NCBI RefSeq assembly: GCF_018977255.1
Contig: NW_024704743.1
Coordinates: 31,374,001-31,438,000 of the forward strand
Length of the DNA stretch: 64,000 nt
Direction of reading: 5' to 3'
Origin: Callorhinchus milii
Taxonomy: Eukaryota
In this document: piece after piece, positions 1 through 13,948 of the stretch
Numbering within the stretch: the stretch's first letter is position 1
Layout: each line of letters starts with the position of its first letter
Notes under the pieces: generated by a model
Seen by the model: only the letters and a program-made list of their open reading frames with translations
Told to the model about the DNA's origin: nothing
Databases searched by the model: none
Program-made: the position numbers and the translations under genes

Positions 1-410
1 TGCCCCATTCATGCCCGGCTTCACTGGTTCCCCATCTCCCTGAAGATCAAGTTTAACATCCTCGTCCTCACTTTCAAAGCACTTCACAGTCTTACTTCTC
101 CCCACCTCTGCGATTTGCTAATACCTTGCTAACCTTCCTGCCCTCTATGCTCGACAGACACTCGCCTGCTCCATGTCCCATCCCACCAACAGTGGTCATT
201 CCTTCAGCTTTTCTGCTCCCACCCTCTGGAACTCTATCTCAAATCGATTTTGCAATGCCCCCTACTTGTCCTCCTTCAAGGGCAGTCTCAAGACCTTCTT
301 CTATGATTTATCCTCCCCTTTGGTTATCCTCCCCACCCCCATCCTCCTGGACCTCATCTCTCTTGATTCCAACCCCCAGCTCAGGTGCAAACCCTTGACC
401 GTCCAGCAAC
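1..410 (+). mobile_element. Decayed L2 LINE 3' fragment
   Basis: LHWFPISLKIKFNILVLTFKALH and SFSFSAPTLWNSI..SSFKGSLKTFFYD. Confidence 0.85.
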
Positions 411-2569
411 TTGGGATGTCATCCCGACTTGAAGAGCACTTCTAGTTGTTCTGTCCGACAGTGAGTTTCACATTCTCAACACACTTTGCTTAAAGACATT
501 CCATTTAGATCTCCACTGATCTCGAGTATCGATGTGACATCATCGTTGTAGTACATCATTGTTGCCTCAAAAAAATAGTTCTCCTGCTGTATTAAAACCG
601 AACACAAATGTACGAAGCAGACTGGAAAAGCAGCTGCTGATTAAAAATACCACATACAAGCTACACTCTAAAATTGACATTATAACACCATTACCTACAG
701 AGAAAAACGTAAAATCATAGTGGAATGGCGAGACCCTTCTGTAACATGACAACAGCAGACGGGGACAAATATTTAGTAAATTGACTATTTACCATCATAT
801 TTAACTGCTAAAATATCCATCAGGTACCAGAATAAGGGTATAGAGTATTAATAAAAGCGTTTGGATTTTGTCCAGTGAAAGTCACTAAGTAAAGTTGGCT
901 TGATTCCAGGTTAATACAGCGTCTAGATAAGAACAATTCATCCAATATGTTTGCTGTACTGACACCTGCTTAACAAATGAATCTGCAATGTGACTAGCAG
1001 AACATGGACAACTGAAGACATATTTACAGAACAACTCTCGGTGAATATATTAGGCAACTGGACCTGCCAGATTATCAATTAAATGAATGACAAATTTATT
1101 TCAAACAATGCAGCAGGGAAAGTTCACATGAAACCTAATAATATAGCAAGGATTATTAGTAGGACAGAAGTGTGAATAACAATTAAGAAACGAAAGCTGT
1201 CCATTAACCAAAATGAGATTTGGTACAAGATAAATAAGCAGATTTGTCAGCCCATAATATCCAGCTGCTCTGTGCAACCATTATCACCATTCACTTGTAC
1301 AATATTATTACGTTTTACAGGGATCATAAAGATCCTGACTGTTACATAGTAGAAGTAAAACATTCTGTAATCCTGTATATAAAGAATATGCATTATTGCT
1401 GCATTTGGAGTATTTTTTTCCTTATGTTTGGTAGAAACATTTACAGATATATAGGAGTGCGAGTAGATTTGCTCTGGATTGCACTGGAAGGGAATCCTAT
1501 TCAGGTGCCATCCAAAACATTGTTTTGACATGTGTAAGATTACAAATTGTGCCAAATGTAACCATTTTAACGCCAAGAGAAATCCAGTCGCAAACCAAGT
1601 TTCTCCTTCGATCCAGCTTACGAATTGCCATCAATAGAAAAAATATTAATTCCCCTTTTTTGTTAAAATATATAGATGCATACAAATCACAATTTGCAAA
1701 ATCATGCATTCAACGACAACTTGCATTTATATAGCGCCCTTCACACAGAGTCTCGATGCGCTTACCAGGGCTCTGCTCCCCTCTCCTTTAGCATAACTTG
1801 GTTTATTACATCGTTTATCACAATTATTTTATTAGTAATTTACTGTTTTATTCTTATTTTCAAAAGAAAAAGTAGAACGACAGAACAAGGTTAAAGTTAG
1901 GATCTGGAAATCAAAAAATTTCAAATATTAAATTCAGGATTCATTCATTCTTCAACAATTTTCCTTAGACACTAAATACACTACAAACTGAAGAGAAGGA
2001 ATTGGAAAGGTTTCATTAGGAAGCCAAAGAGCTTGTTTTCAATGCAAACGCATCTGTTTCTTCTAGAAACTTTGCTCTCACTTGTTGGCAAAGGCCTGCT
2101 TTTACGTTTTCTGCTGTTCTGCATATTTCCTGCAGTGACGGCCCTTATCACAATGTAAACCTTGTGCCTCTGCAGAGCAGATGGCTCCCATTCACATCAT
2201 TCTAATGAGGAGTTAATGTGCAAACAGAAGATAATGGGAGCAGTACCAACATTTTATCCATTTCTACCACCAAAAAAATCAGTTTAGCAAACAAGCCATT
2301 CTAGCTTCAAATCATGGTTCGTTTAACCCTCTGAGGCTCATATGGAATTGATGCAACGTTGTATAAAGTTTGTTGAGGGTTAAAGGATAAAAAAAATCAA
2401 GCTAACTAACTCCTTTCAGTACACTATTTGTTTCAACAAAAACACATCTAAAAAAAGCAAAAGGTTTTCCTTTCTCCATATCCTACTTCTCTGTGGTTCA
2501 CCACAAAATCATATTTATATCTTACAGGTGATATAAGAGGTCCGCACAGCAAAAATAATATCTGTAAGT

Positions 2570-2960
2570 CAGAAGCAAGCATTCATAAGGGAGAAGGGGG
2601 AGGTGGGAGGTGACCATAGACAGGCATGGACAAAGAGCTAGATTTTTAGGCAGTGTTTGAGTGGGCAAGATGGAGATAGTCCCAGAGGCTAGGGACTTAG
2701 TCGCTGAAGACTTGGCCACCGATGGTAGCACAGAAGCGGCAAGGAATACGCAGTAAGCCCAAGTTGACCAAATGCATGGAAAGAAGGAGAAATAATTGGA
2801 GGAGACATAGTGGAGGCGATAGGTGAAGCAGGATTGGAATCAGGAGAGTGTGGTCCCACGTGGTGGATGAGGGAGGAGAGGCAATTGAGGGAGTGGTTAA
2901 CCGTGTCAAAAGTGGCAAAGAGGTTGAGCGACCAAAGTACAGCTGAGACACTAAAGCTCA
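2570..2960 (-). mobile_element. Old L2 LINE RT fragment
   Basis: SLNLFATFDTVNHS resembles the L2 LDLSAAFDTVDH motif. Confidence 0.6.
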
Positions 2961-5900
2961 AGATCTTATAATTTGTCACCTGAACCATGAAGTAAGATTA
3001 CAGCCTTGAAATAAACAGGAATATTTAAAAATATATACATGTGTTACTTACACTAAAGTCTGTTTTTATTGTATTTTGGGTTCATTTTTGTTGCTTCCAG
3101 CAGGACTCAAGTCCCAACACAATAATGATTTTAAAAAGTATCGTGATGCACCCACTTAATAATCAATGGTGAGAATCAACAGTTGATAACTGACAAGTAA
3201 TATGACTATTAGAGTATAATAAAGGAATTATTTTGCAGTTTAAACCACTACTGTAAGAGAATGTGTTGTTCAGTATAAATTATATATTAATTGAGCTCTC
3301 TCTGAAATGTTAAAGCACTCCTGCAAAACCAAACATGGATTATATTGTAGAAGCAAACATAGTCCATAATAGAGTTAATAACATAATCATTGATTTTACC
3401 TTCTCAAAATTATTTCAGTAATTAAAATACTACAGCAATCCAACATGGTATTAATTCTGAGTAAGTACCTTCAGTCAATGTCAGCAGTCAATCTATGCCT
3501 TTTCAGATGGTGGTTTTAAGCACTCTATTCGTTACAATTTAGGAACTACGGAGAATACAGCAAGTAATTGTCTGAAAACAACATTTTAGAAATCAGTCGC
3601 TTTAAAAGCCATTGTACCATCACATATAGTCTGAGAGACAGATATATTCATAACCCCATTTCCACAATTTATTGAACCTATAAAGCCATGAACAAAAAAG
3701 TAACAAAAGCCACATTATAGGTATCGCTGTGTAGATATGTGTTCATGCTACTGGATTTGAAAAACTACATACTCTGTTGCAACTGCAGACAAATTGTCAG
3801 AGCTTTAGTGTGCTAGAGGCTGCATGAAACACACTCCCATCACAAACAGTAAAATTTATTCATGAAGGTTTTCAGATAGTTTTGCTATGGTCAACGTGGA
3901 TGCCCCCTTTCCCCAGGAGCCAGATTAGCAAAAATAACCCTGAAATATAACTAAACCACATTCTGGCAAGAGCAGATGTAGAAATAGATTTTTAACAGTT
4001 GGCAATTGAGGCAAACTGAAGTTTCGAGAATTATGTATGCAAGAATCAATGTTGAAAAATTTATGTAGACCGGTTGTCACATTAGTGGTGTTGACAATCA
4101 TGCCACAAGCTCCAGACGCTGTTGATGCCTTGGCTCTTGCCACCTACACCCTAAAACGTTTGAGGATTTGGTGAGCAAAACTTGTTCCTCCCTCAATAGA
4201 GTACACACTCACTCCCTTCTACAAAAATGGAAATTCCCATGCACATGTGGAACTCTTAGTAGTTTGGTTTGGATAAGTCTAAACATGGGAATGATTTTCT
4301 ACATGTGTCAGACAACCAGCTGATTAAAACTTTTTTTAAAAAAAACATGCTTCTAAAGAGAAATATAAGATAATACATATTCAACAATATGTTGGACTCC
4401 TGTATGGAGTAGAAAAAAGGGCCGATGCATTCTAATATTGCAGGATAGGAAATCCCACTTACCCATAAAATAATTCTGAATTACATTCAAAATCTTCTTT
4501 AATCCTAACAGCTTGCCTGTTTTTACCGCAAATGTGCAACAGTTTTGCTAATGTTTCCAGTTTACATTTTATTTTTGATTATTTTATGGGACAGGATAAA
4601 GCATTATTGATTTTAAAATAAATAAAAAGCATGAACATAGACCTCATAAAGTTTCAGAAATATTACAACAACCAGTTGAAGCGATTTGCAGAAGAGACTA
4701 AACCCACAAGTGATAATGCTCCAAAGTCCTGCAAAATCATTTATGTTAGCTGTCATCATAAAACTGTTTAGTTTGCTTCCTCCCCTATATATTTGTTTAT
4801 CACCAGCTTCCCCTCTAACTAAGCTTTAATTCCATCTGGACTACCAGATGGCCACAGGTGGATGATTAATACAAATTCAAGACTGAGTTGACCCTATTAC
4901 CCAAACAAATTTGTAAACTTTAAACTTTGCCCGTGTACATGTGACATCTGAGTGCTCAAGGCAAGGGTGTTCGGGAATGGATCACTTTATGTTGGCACTT
5001 TTTGTCTCCATGAAGCATCCCTAGGTCTGGTGCAACAAGTTGCTTCATTTCCAACGTCAATATCCCCACCTCACTGCACAATTCTACTTTTTTTCCGCCA
5101 ATTTGTCCAACAACCATATTGGTTGGTATTTTGCATTTCTTAAAGGGAAGGAAGAGAGAGAGAGAGAACCATCAAAAGGATGTCATAAAATTGTAGCTCA
5201 CCTATGTCAATGAATCAGTGTATCCTACTGTATCTGGCATATGCCTCATCTTAACCCAGGTCAACTACTCCAATGTATTCCAGTCTGAGCTTCAATCAGT
5301 GCCATAAATAATATGCAACTAAAAGTCACATTTTCTGAAACGCATAAGTTAACTTGTTTCATTTCCAATGAGACTATCACATTAAGAGGTGACAGAAATA
5401 AAATGGGAAACAACAATAACAATAATTCTTGCATTTACCGCCTTATCATATCATCAAGGAGTCTCAAAGCACTTCATAGGTTACACTGTAAAGACATATG
5501 ACTGTGTGTGTTGTGGAAAAACGAGCCGAAACTAGTACAATGCTCACTGAATTCTCCAAACAAACTAACCTTCTCAATTAAACCCAGTAGCTTTTAATCT
5601 GACAACAGACATCAACAAATAAGCAAGCATTTTTAAAAAACTATATAATAATAATTTAATAATCATATACTCTCTATGTTTCATAACAAAAGAAAAGATG
5701 ATTCACTTCTTCTGGCACTAAACTCAGATTTGGCTCCTCGTTCTGGTGGCAGGTGGGACTCTTACCAGGTCTCAGAAAATTACCAATATCTTCCAAATGC
5801 CCCTCAGTAGAATAAATGCTCCCCATTTATTTTATTAATCAAATGCTCCTATGTGAAAGCTGCTATTATAAATACATGCTGTTGTTCTAACATTTAGTAA

Positions 5901-8900
5901 AAGTTTCCTCTATCCACTTATCCAATTACCATAATTTATTAATAGCTACATTTGATTCAGCACCTTTCACATTGAGAGGATATCTCAAAGCGCTTTGAAG
6001 GATATAACAACAGATCACATTTATGTCGCGCCTCTCACGTCAGGAGGATGTGCCAAGGCGCTGATAAGTGGAAATAATTATATTGTAAAGTGGAATAACT
6101 ATTTTGAGGGTGAACATGTCATGTCCTGTGACATGTATGTAACTTTGGAACATTCTGTTAGAATTGCTGTGAAACTAATTTTAGCAGGTTCCTAGATTAC
6201 AGCTGCAGTGCTATCTTTACACAATTACTACGATTAAACACCTTCGTTGAAATGATAGGGAGTGAATTTCATGAGCAAACAAAGGGAGGGCAAGAGATTA
6301 AAATGCTTTTCACTTTGGCCCATGGTCAGGACCAACACTCCTAGAGCACACAAAACAGATTAATTGCGATGTAAATCTCCCTCTCTTCACCCCAAAAGTC
6401 AGAAAAACAAAACCTACTACTGCATCACGACATTGACATTCTTGCAGCTTCTTTTTCATACCTTTTCACCTCTCCTGAAGGTGATGACCTTAGAGCTCTG
6501 TGTGGCAGCCTCCAGTACCTCGGTCAAGTGGCCACAGTTCTTGCATTATCCCAATATTGATTGACAATATGGGCTATTTAACCAGAAGAGGATGAGAGAC
6601 CTGAACCTATTCTTACCAGATACGCACACACATTTTCTTTTAACCAGATACCCTTAAATATACACTTTTCCAAGGTGCGGTCATTAAAGATAGGCAATTT
6701 TTTTTCTCTCTCCTTATTTGAGGGCTGTTCAGTATAGATATTACATCAACTCGACGAGGATGATGACTGAATTACCAATTAATACACTGAGGTAATAAGG
6801 AGTACTAAGAATACGTTTCTAAAAAAAACTGTTTTATTGAACGTTTTCACTGATGGTGCAAATCCATGCAATACCAATAAAATTCTAGCAACATAATGAT
6901 TTAATTTTCTCAAACAATGCACAGCTCCACAAAATTCACACATATTAATGGAATAGCTTTGATGTCGTAAAACCTTTGTTAGCCAATAATTGAAATTTTA
7001 TAACTTTGCACACTTTTAACCCATCATTATGAACATGTTACAAGCAAAATGAAATTTAAAAAAACAGATGCTTTATGTCTGTAGAACAAAAACAGCTGGA
7101 CTCAAGCTTTTACGTATAGTGAAAATATTTTTTTAAATCCTTCTTTGGATTGAAGCCCACTTATTAGAGCACACTTCATATTAAATGAATTGGCATTAAT
7201 CATCAATCTAGTTGCGGCACATGATGCAACTATAATACTTATTAAAAAAAAGTAACTGATGTTACACCATTAAAGCTAATATTAACACAACGGTTCAGCA
7301 CAAACATTAAATTCTCTTTCTTTCCCACTCCCCAACCTGTTCTCTTGCGTACATTAAATCAATCAATTTTTTTTAAAAATCCATCACTGATGGTGCTATT
7401 TTATCTTAAATCAATCCTGTATTCGGGTTACAATAACCATGTTTCAATATCCTACCTATCTTACTGTGAGCACAACTAGACTTTATCTGTTTCTGCCCTT
7501 TGATCGTCCTCTTCCCTTGCTGATTACTTAATCTTTTTTAAATATATAAAAATAATATAAACACACAGAAACAACATGATGCAACAAACCTGCCTCCCAA
7601 TTTAAAGCATTGAAAACGACAAGCTGGTGCGCAATGAGAAAACATGGGTTCTTCTGATTGGATATAAAGGCCGAGCAGCATCGCATAGCTACCGTGGCAC
7701 CATTTAGCTTTATTTGGATATGACCATTTCCGTTGGCTAACAACTACGCGATATGTGAGCCACTGGAATTGCCTATGCATTCACATGACAATTGTCTCGT
7801 ATCCTTTTCCTTTTGCTATAGCCCATCCTTCAAAATTATAGCCACCATTTACAATTCCTCAGAAAAAAAATTAAACTTTTTCAAAATCTTGGTTTCGATA
7901 AACAATCCACCAGCTTTTATTGCAAAGCTTACCCCATGTTCATCAAACTTTAGTTTGCAAACTCTATATATTTATCCTTCGATATACAATATATATTTTA
8001 ACAATGAAAATGTATTATGTTCTAATCAAAGATTTTATTGATAAACTACCTGCTTAAGGTTTTCCTCAGTGACAAACTGAAGTTGTTGTTGTTGTTCAAA
8101 AATTCAATATTTTGGATTGTGTTGGAATACAAGAAGTTTCACAATCTTTGAAGCTAATTGCAGCATAGCATCCTGATGAAACGTGATCAACTCGATGAAA
8201 TTTCATACACTATGAAGCAATTCACAGCAACAGATTGATATATTTTTTAAAATGCACATCATAGAGGAACGGATAGAACTATACATCATGACAGCAGAGA
8301 AATGATACTCCTTGTCAAACAGTGCCACCTATGGACGGCAAGACATACATCAAGAATTATTTTTAAGATCATTGCTTTTACGTAAACAACATTTTAACCA
8401 AACAGTGATCTTATTAAAAAGTGACAAAGCAACAAATGTGTTTCAGTGGTGAAAGAGATTGAAACTAAAAAAATACACTACACAAATTATGAAGTTCTGT
8501 AGGCATCTTCTGTATAAAAAAGTGCACAATGTGAAAGGTATTGTCATTTATTATTCAATACTGCCATCTACTGATCCCAAAAGCAAATACTCTTTTTTTT
8601 AAAAAAACTACATTTTAGGCTTACCACCGAATCCTCCTCATTATCTGTACTGTTTTAGATCAAAACATCTAATGAATAAAGGGCAACCCCATTATTGAAA
8701 GCATCTGGGATACGGGTCTACTTTTCATACAGGGGCCCTTTGTAAGATCAAATTGTGCAATTCCAGCCTGGATCAACTGGCTTTGCTTCCCAATAAAATG
8801 ATGAACTTCTGAGTTGGCCTCATCAGCCTCGTCCCTCCATTCCACCATTGGTGGCCGCACATTCAGCCTCTATGCCCCGAAACTCTGCAACACTCTCCTT

Positions 8901-11900
8901 CAATCCCTCCGCATTCCCACCTCCTTCCTTTAGGTCGCGCCTAAAGACCTTCCTCTTCGACCATGCTTGTGTTCACCTCCCCCAGGCTCGGTGTCATGCT
9001 CCAGAACGCTATCCTGCATGAGGGGCATTATATAAAATGCAAGTTGTTGTTGTAGTTATCATCAGGTCATCACTTTCTGCACAATGCACCTACATGCCAT
9101 TCACAGAAAGCTCCAATGATCAAGTGATATGAATGGCACAGAGCTCACCTGCACAGAATGCAAGTCATGTCAGTCGTGCTTCCTGCCATGTATGCTTCCT
9201 CCCCCAATGTAGGGCTCCCCCAATAGAGTGCTCCCCCGATATTGTACAGGAAGAGAAGTCAGCAGTGATCTTATACCACCAAAGTCGGATTTGTTTTCAC
9301 ACTTTGTTTTAATGCGGCATCAGAGACAAACCCAGACAATTGCATTATAATGGGGTTGTCCCATTCACCGGTTGTCAAAATTTTAAAACAAAAATCATGT
9401 TTTCCCAACGCATTTGCCTGCATTCCATCAATTGAGCCTGGATTTTACGTAATTTTAACAAAAAAAAGGGAATTTTGTCACATCATAAATGTACATATTT
9501 ATTACATTTTAAAACTAAATGTTAAAGTAATTGAATAAGAATCCTTAACTTTGATAAAGAGCTTTTCACGTAGGGACATCTCAAATTGCTTCATGGTATA
9601 TATTGCAAAATGTAATGACTTTGTACTTTGTAGGCAAACGTGGTAGCCAATTTTACACACAGCAATATTCTATAAACAGCCGTGAAGTGAATGACCAATT
9701 TTAGTTGGTGGATTGTTGGCCAGGAAACTCCCTATTCTCTTTGAATAGTGCCATGGGATATTTAACACTCACCTTAACAAACAGGACCTTGGTTTAACGT
9801 CTCATCCAAAGGACAGCACCTCTAACAATGCAGCATATCCCCAACGCTGACTGAATTATTAGCATAAGACAATGTGAGTTCAAAATCCCAACAAACCCAC
9901 TATTTTGAATACAAGCACCTAGTGAAAAAGTATTTTGGTTCCCAATCAACTGCAGTCCACCTACTTTCCTTATACTGACTAATGCACAAGTCACACTCCA
10001 GTACATCTTTCAGCACATCTTTCAGTGTACTGGAATATCAGGATAATATTACGAAAGCAAATGATATATTCCCAATCTTGATAAAGCTTTTCTATAAAAC
10101 AAATTCTGTGGTGATGCCATTTCAGTTCAATCGGTAAAATGCAACAAGATAAAAAAAAATTCCACGGTCAATTCAATTTCACAGAGAATTCAAATGCGTG
10201 AAAATTGCAAAATTAAATTGCCTTGTGAATTTTTCCCAATTTCCAGTACATCCTCTACTTCTTTGAAGTAGCAAAGTAAGAGTTCACATTAAGGCCAATA
10301 TAACATTGCTCTAATTTTGAGCTGATGAAAAATTTGTGCTGGATAACCACGTGGGTCTCAAATTCTAGATCAATATTTTCCACCGTTAAGTAAAAGTAAG
10401 AATGAGGAGATTTGAAAAAACTTAAGAAGGAAGACAAAAAGCACAAAAGCAAGGAATACATTTCCTGTTCCAGTATTTGAGTTAAAAATCCGCATGGATC
10501 ATTGTAGTCGACATTGAGGAAACAGGGAAACTGCCAGCTATCAACTTCAAACAAAATTCACGCTGAACTTGTATAGAAAAAATGGACCATTTACAGAAAC
10601 ATCATTTAACCTTGTACTTCCTCCACTAAAGGCTGTGACCCACCGTGGGTGTAGCTCCAGAAGTAGCATCAATCTCAACAGCTCACTTAAGTTGCAAATC
10701 TTCATAAGAGACAGGTACAGGGAGCTTGATCCTGTCCTAACCCAACATCTCTTCACGTGAATTTGATGAGACAATTAACCACGACAATCACAGGAATACA
10801 TCAAGATTGCACTCAGCTCTCTTGTTTACCTTTCTTCGCCTCTATTATTGTTTGAATGCTCAATGGGTTGATCCCATCACTTGCAATCAACAGTGAAGCC
10901 ACCTGTTACAGCAATAAATCCACTGCTTTTGCTCTGGGAAGCTGGTCGGCCACACGCGAATATCCCACTAATTGCACTCCCAATACTGGGTGGCACTTAA
11001 TTGTGCGATTATGCCTGGTGGACATGGAGGCCACCAATCGAGGACACATAATAATAATCCTTGTATTTGCTATAGTGCCTTATCACATCTTCGAGACGTC
11101 TCAAAGTGCTTCACAGAATATACTGTAAAGTGAAGTGACTGTATATTTTGTGGGCGAAACGCGGCAGCCAATTGCACACAGCAGTACGTAAGATCTCTCA
11201 GCATCTGCCCGATCACAGCAGTGAAAGCCCAATGGATTTCTCTTAATCTAAAATTCACAGCATCATAATAATGCTTCATTTGATAAAGCATATAATGTTG
11301 AAATGCCTCACACACATCACAGTTAATTGCTGTCAGGTATAATGACTGGTCTTTATACGCAGGCAAATGCAGCAACTGATCTGCGCACAGCAGTGTGCCC
11401 ACAAGCAATGAAGGATAAATTTATCTAGAAGACTACTCAGAAGCACAGCAGGAGAAACTCCCTTTTCAAAAAGTGCCAACAAACAGACGCGATCTGTGTT
11501 TAACGCCTCATTCTCATGGACAATTAATTCACTGAATAATCTAAAAATTTACAAACCATCATAACATCTAAGATAGCCCAAACTGCACCCACCTCAATCA
11601 GCTATTTCTTCCAACTTGTGCTACACGTCTATAACATAAGGAGTGCTGTATAAATTAAATCTCCGTGCTTTTCTTCACAGGCTACCCTTACTAGCATTTG
11701 GGCTAATCTGCAAATTGAATTTACAAATCAATGTGCAACATTTGTGGGTTGGGTTAATCGTGCATATATACACGTGTATACCAGTACAACAGGTGACTCT
11801 GTAATCCTTTACATTAGTTATTAATTATATAATTAAGGGCACCTACAGACATCTGTATATGGTCAACCCAATCCGCAAATTAGATTACATTTCTTCTGGG

Positions 11901-12179
11901 TCCTCAACTCTCAGATTAAATCGCACTTTAAGAGTTCAGATGAATACAAGTATTTGGACATCTCCAGAACCCTTGAAGGGCCTGACATTTCTTTATAAAT
12001 ATTGTCCCAAGATTTTGTGTCTTCCAATTTGTTCCCCCTACACATCAATCACCTCCTGCAATCGTCAACCCATATCATCTACTGTTTTGCCAAAGATTCT
12101 ACACTGCATTCATCAATTTCATTCAGATTATAAACAACCTTCAATTCTCTTGCAGTGAAATGTCTGAATCAGTAAGTAC

Positions 12180-12660
12180 AATACAACTTACATTTATGAA
12201 GCAGCTTTCACATCAGGAAAATATTTCAGAGCAGTTAATAATACTGGATAGGCACCTGAGCTGGGAACCAGCGGGGCTGAGAAGGCGTTAAACAAAAGTG
12301 CGGTCACAGAGGTACATTTTAAGACATGCTTTGAATAGGGGGAGGGAGGGAGTCACAGAGACATCAGGATGTAATTCAAGGAGCAGGAGCAGAATGGTTG
12401 AAAGTCTGCTCACCGATGGTGGGAGGATACAGTGGGGGACACCAGTATTTGCCGAGTGTAGGGAGCAGCCAGGTTGGTGTGACTGGAGGTCTCTGAAACT
12501 GGTGGCAGCAAGCGAAGGGAATAGCCAAGTTAATGAAGGTGAAGGGGTTGTAGAGATGGGATGAAGAGTAACGGGATTTGAATGCGAGAATGAGGATCTT
12601 GAACTCGATTGTCTGGGTGATGGAGAGTCAATGAAGCTAAGCGAGGATGGGGCCATAGTC
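12180..12660 (-). mobile_element. Decayed L2 LINE 3' fragment
   Basis: LFKACLKMYLCDRTF and similarity to the other L2 copies. Confidence 0.7.
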
Positions 12661-13150
12661 AGCCAAGCCTGAAAAGTTTGATTTCTTCTATCCCTTTCAA
12701 CGTGACAGTAATCAAACATTTTTTTTCAATTCTTCCCAATTTTTATTCTTGATTGCTTTTTCCTGCATCTTAATCCTTGCATTTGATAATCCTTGCATTT
12801 TGATATAGCGCCTTATCATGTCGTTAAGACGTCTCAAAGCGCCTCACAGAATATATATTGTAAAGTGAATTAACTATGTATTTTGTGGTCGAAACCCGGC
12901 AGATTGCACACAGTTGTGTACCACGAACAGTGATGGGGTGAGTAACTACATTTTTTTTCTTGAAGTTCTTCTCTTAAAATTCTTGAGCTCAAATGAAATG
13001 TTCATTTTCCTCCATTGCAAAAGTGGCCTCTAAGAATCTTTTCTGCACACTACTCAATCAGCCCCAAAATTAATCAAAAATATGAATATTATTCTCATAT
13101 CTCAGGAAGCTCTTCTAGCAGCTATCTTCCACTCCTGGCCACAATGCAAG

Positions 13151-13466
13151 AATAATAATAATCCTTGCATTTGATATAGTGCTTTTCACGTCTTCTAGAC
13201 GTCTCAAAGCCTTTCACAGAATATGCTGTAAAGTGAATTGACTGTATATTTGTGAGCGAAACGCAGCAGCCAATTACGCACAGCAGTGTCCCGCAAACAG
13301 TCGTGGATTGAAAATGACCAATTTTTTTATTATTGTTTTGTTTTGGAGGGATTATTATTAGGTGTGTGGAGTAAGGAAACTTGCCCAAGGTTGCGCCCTG
13401 CCTGGAATTGAACCCAGGTGTCTCGCTTGCAAGGCGAGTGCTCTAACCACTGAGCTACAGGACTCC
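13151..13466 (-). mobile_element. tRNA-headed SINE with L2-type tail, short subfamily
   Basis: Head ggagtcctgtagctcagtggttagagc (A box) and gggttcaattcc (B box), ccttgggcaagtt CORE-like start, stem-loop tail ending (tta)n. Confidence 0.92.
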
Positions 13467-13570
13467 AAAGTGTTGAGAGGGCACTCGGATTGTTGTCCAA
13501 TACTTAATCTATCCCTCACCTGTAGTTTTCAACCCAAACTTGTCCACTTAGCTCCATTTTATCATTAATG

Positions 13571-13948
13571 CAGTGGAAGCCTTTTAAGCCGGACACATTG
13601 GGCCAAACAGTGTCCGAGGTTACCCAGTTCCCTTAACCTCTTCCCGCCCAGCCTTCCTCCCCTTGGACGGGAAGTGGACTTATTAGCAGCGGCTCCGAGG
13701 TGATTGACAGCGGGAGCCCCATGTGAATGGCTGGAATCCACTGTCAATCAATCACAATTTGACTCCTCCCATCTCCATGCCAGAGCCACTCATGGCTGAA
13801 TGGAGCTGCTCAAGGCATAGAAGGAGCGAGTGAGTTGATGCTGTGGCGTATTTTGTCCGGATTAACTGGATTTTTCTCCGAATTAACAGGCCTATTTAAA
13901 ATGGGTAAGAATACAAATGAATTGGGGACGGGCGATTTGTCCAACTTA
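13571..13948. mobile_element. Tigger/pogo-like MITE remnant
   Basis: Begins cagtggaagccttttaagccggacac; subterminal tgtccggattaa / tccgaattaac repeats near the other end; right end lost at an L2 tail. Confidence 0.5.

Noticed and set aside
9993..10033. Short direct duplication (acatctttcag x2) within a small inverted repeat
   Set aside because: Too short; consistent with ordinary replication slippage.
13395..13466. tRNA-Ala-like cloverleaf (anticodon TGC; CGC or CGT in other copies)
   Set aside because: It is the head of a multi-copy SINE, continuous with the SINE body, and the anticodon varies between copies; not a tRNA gene.
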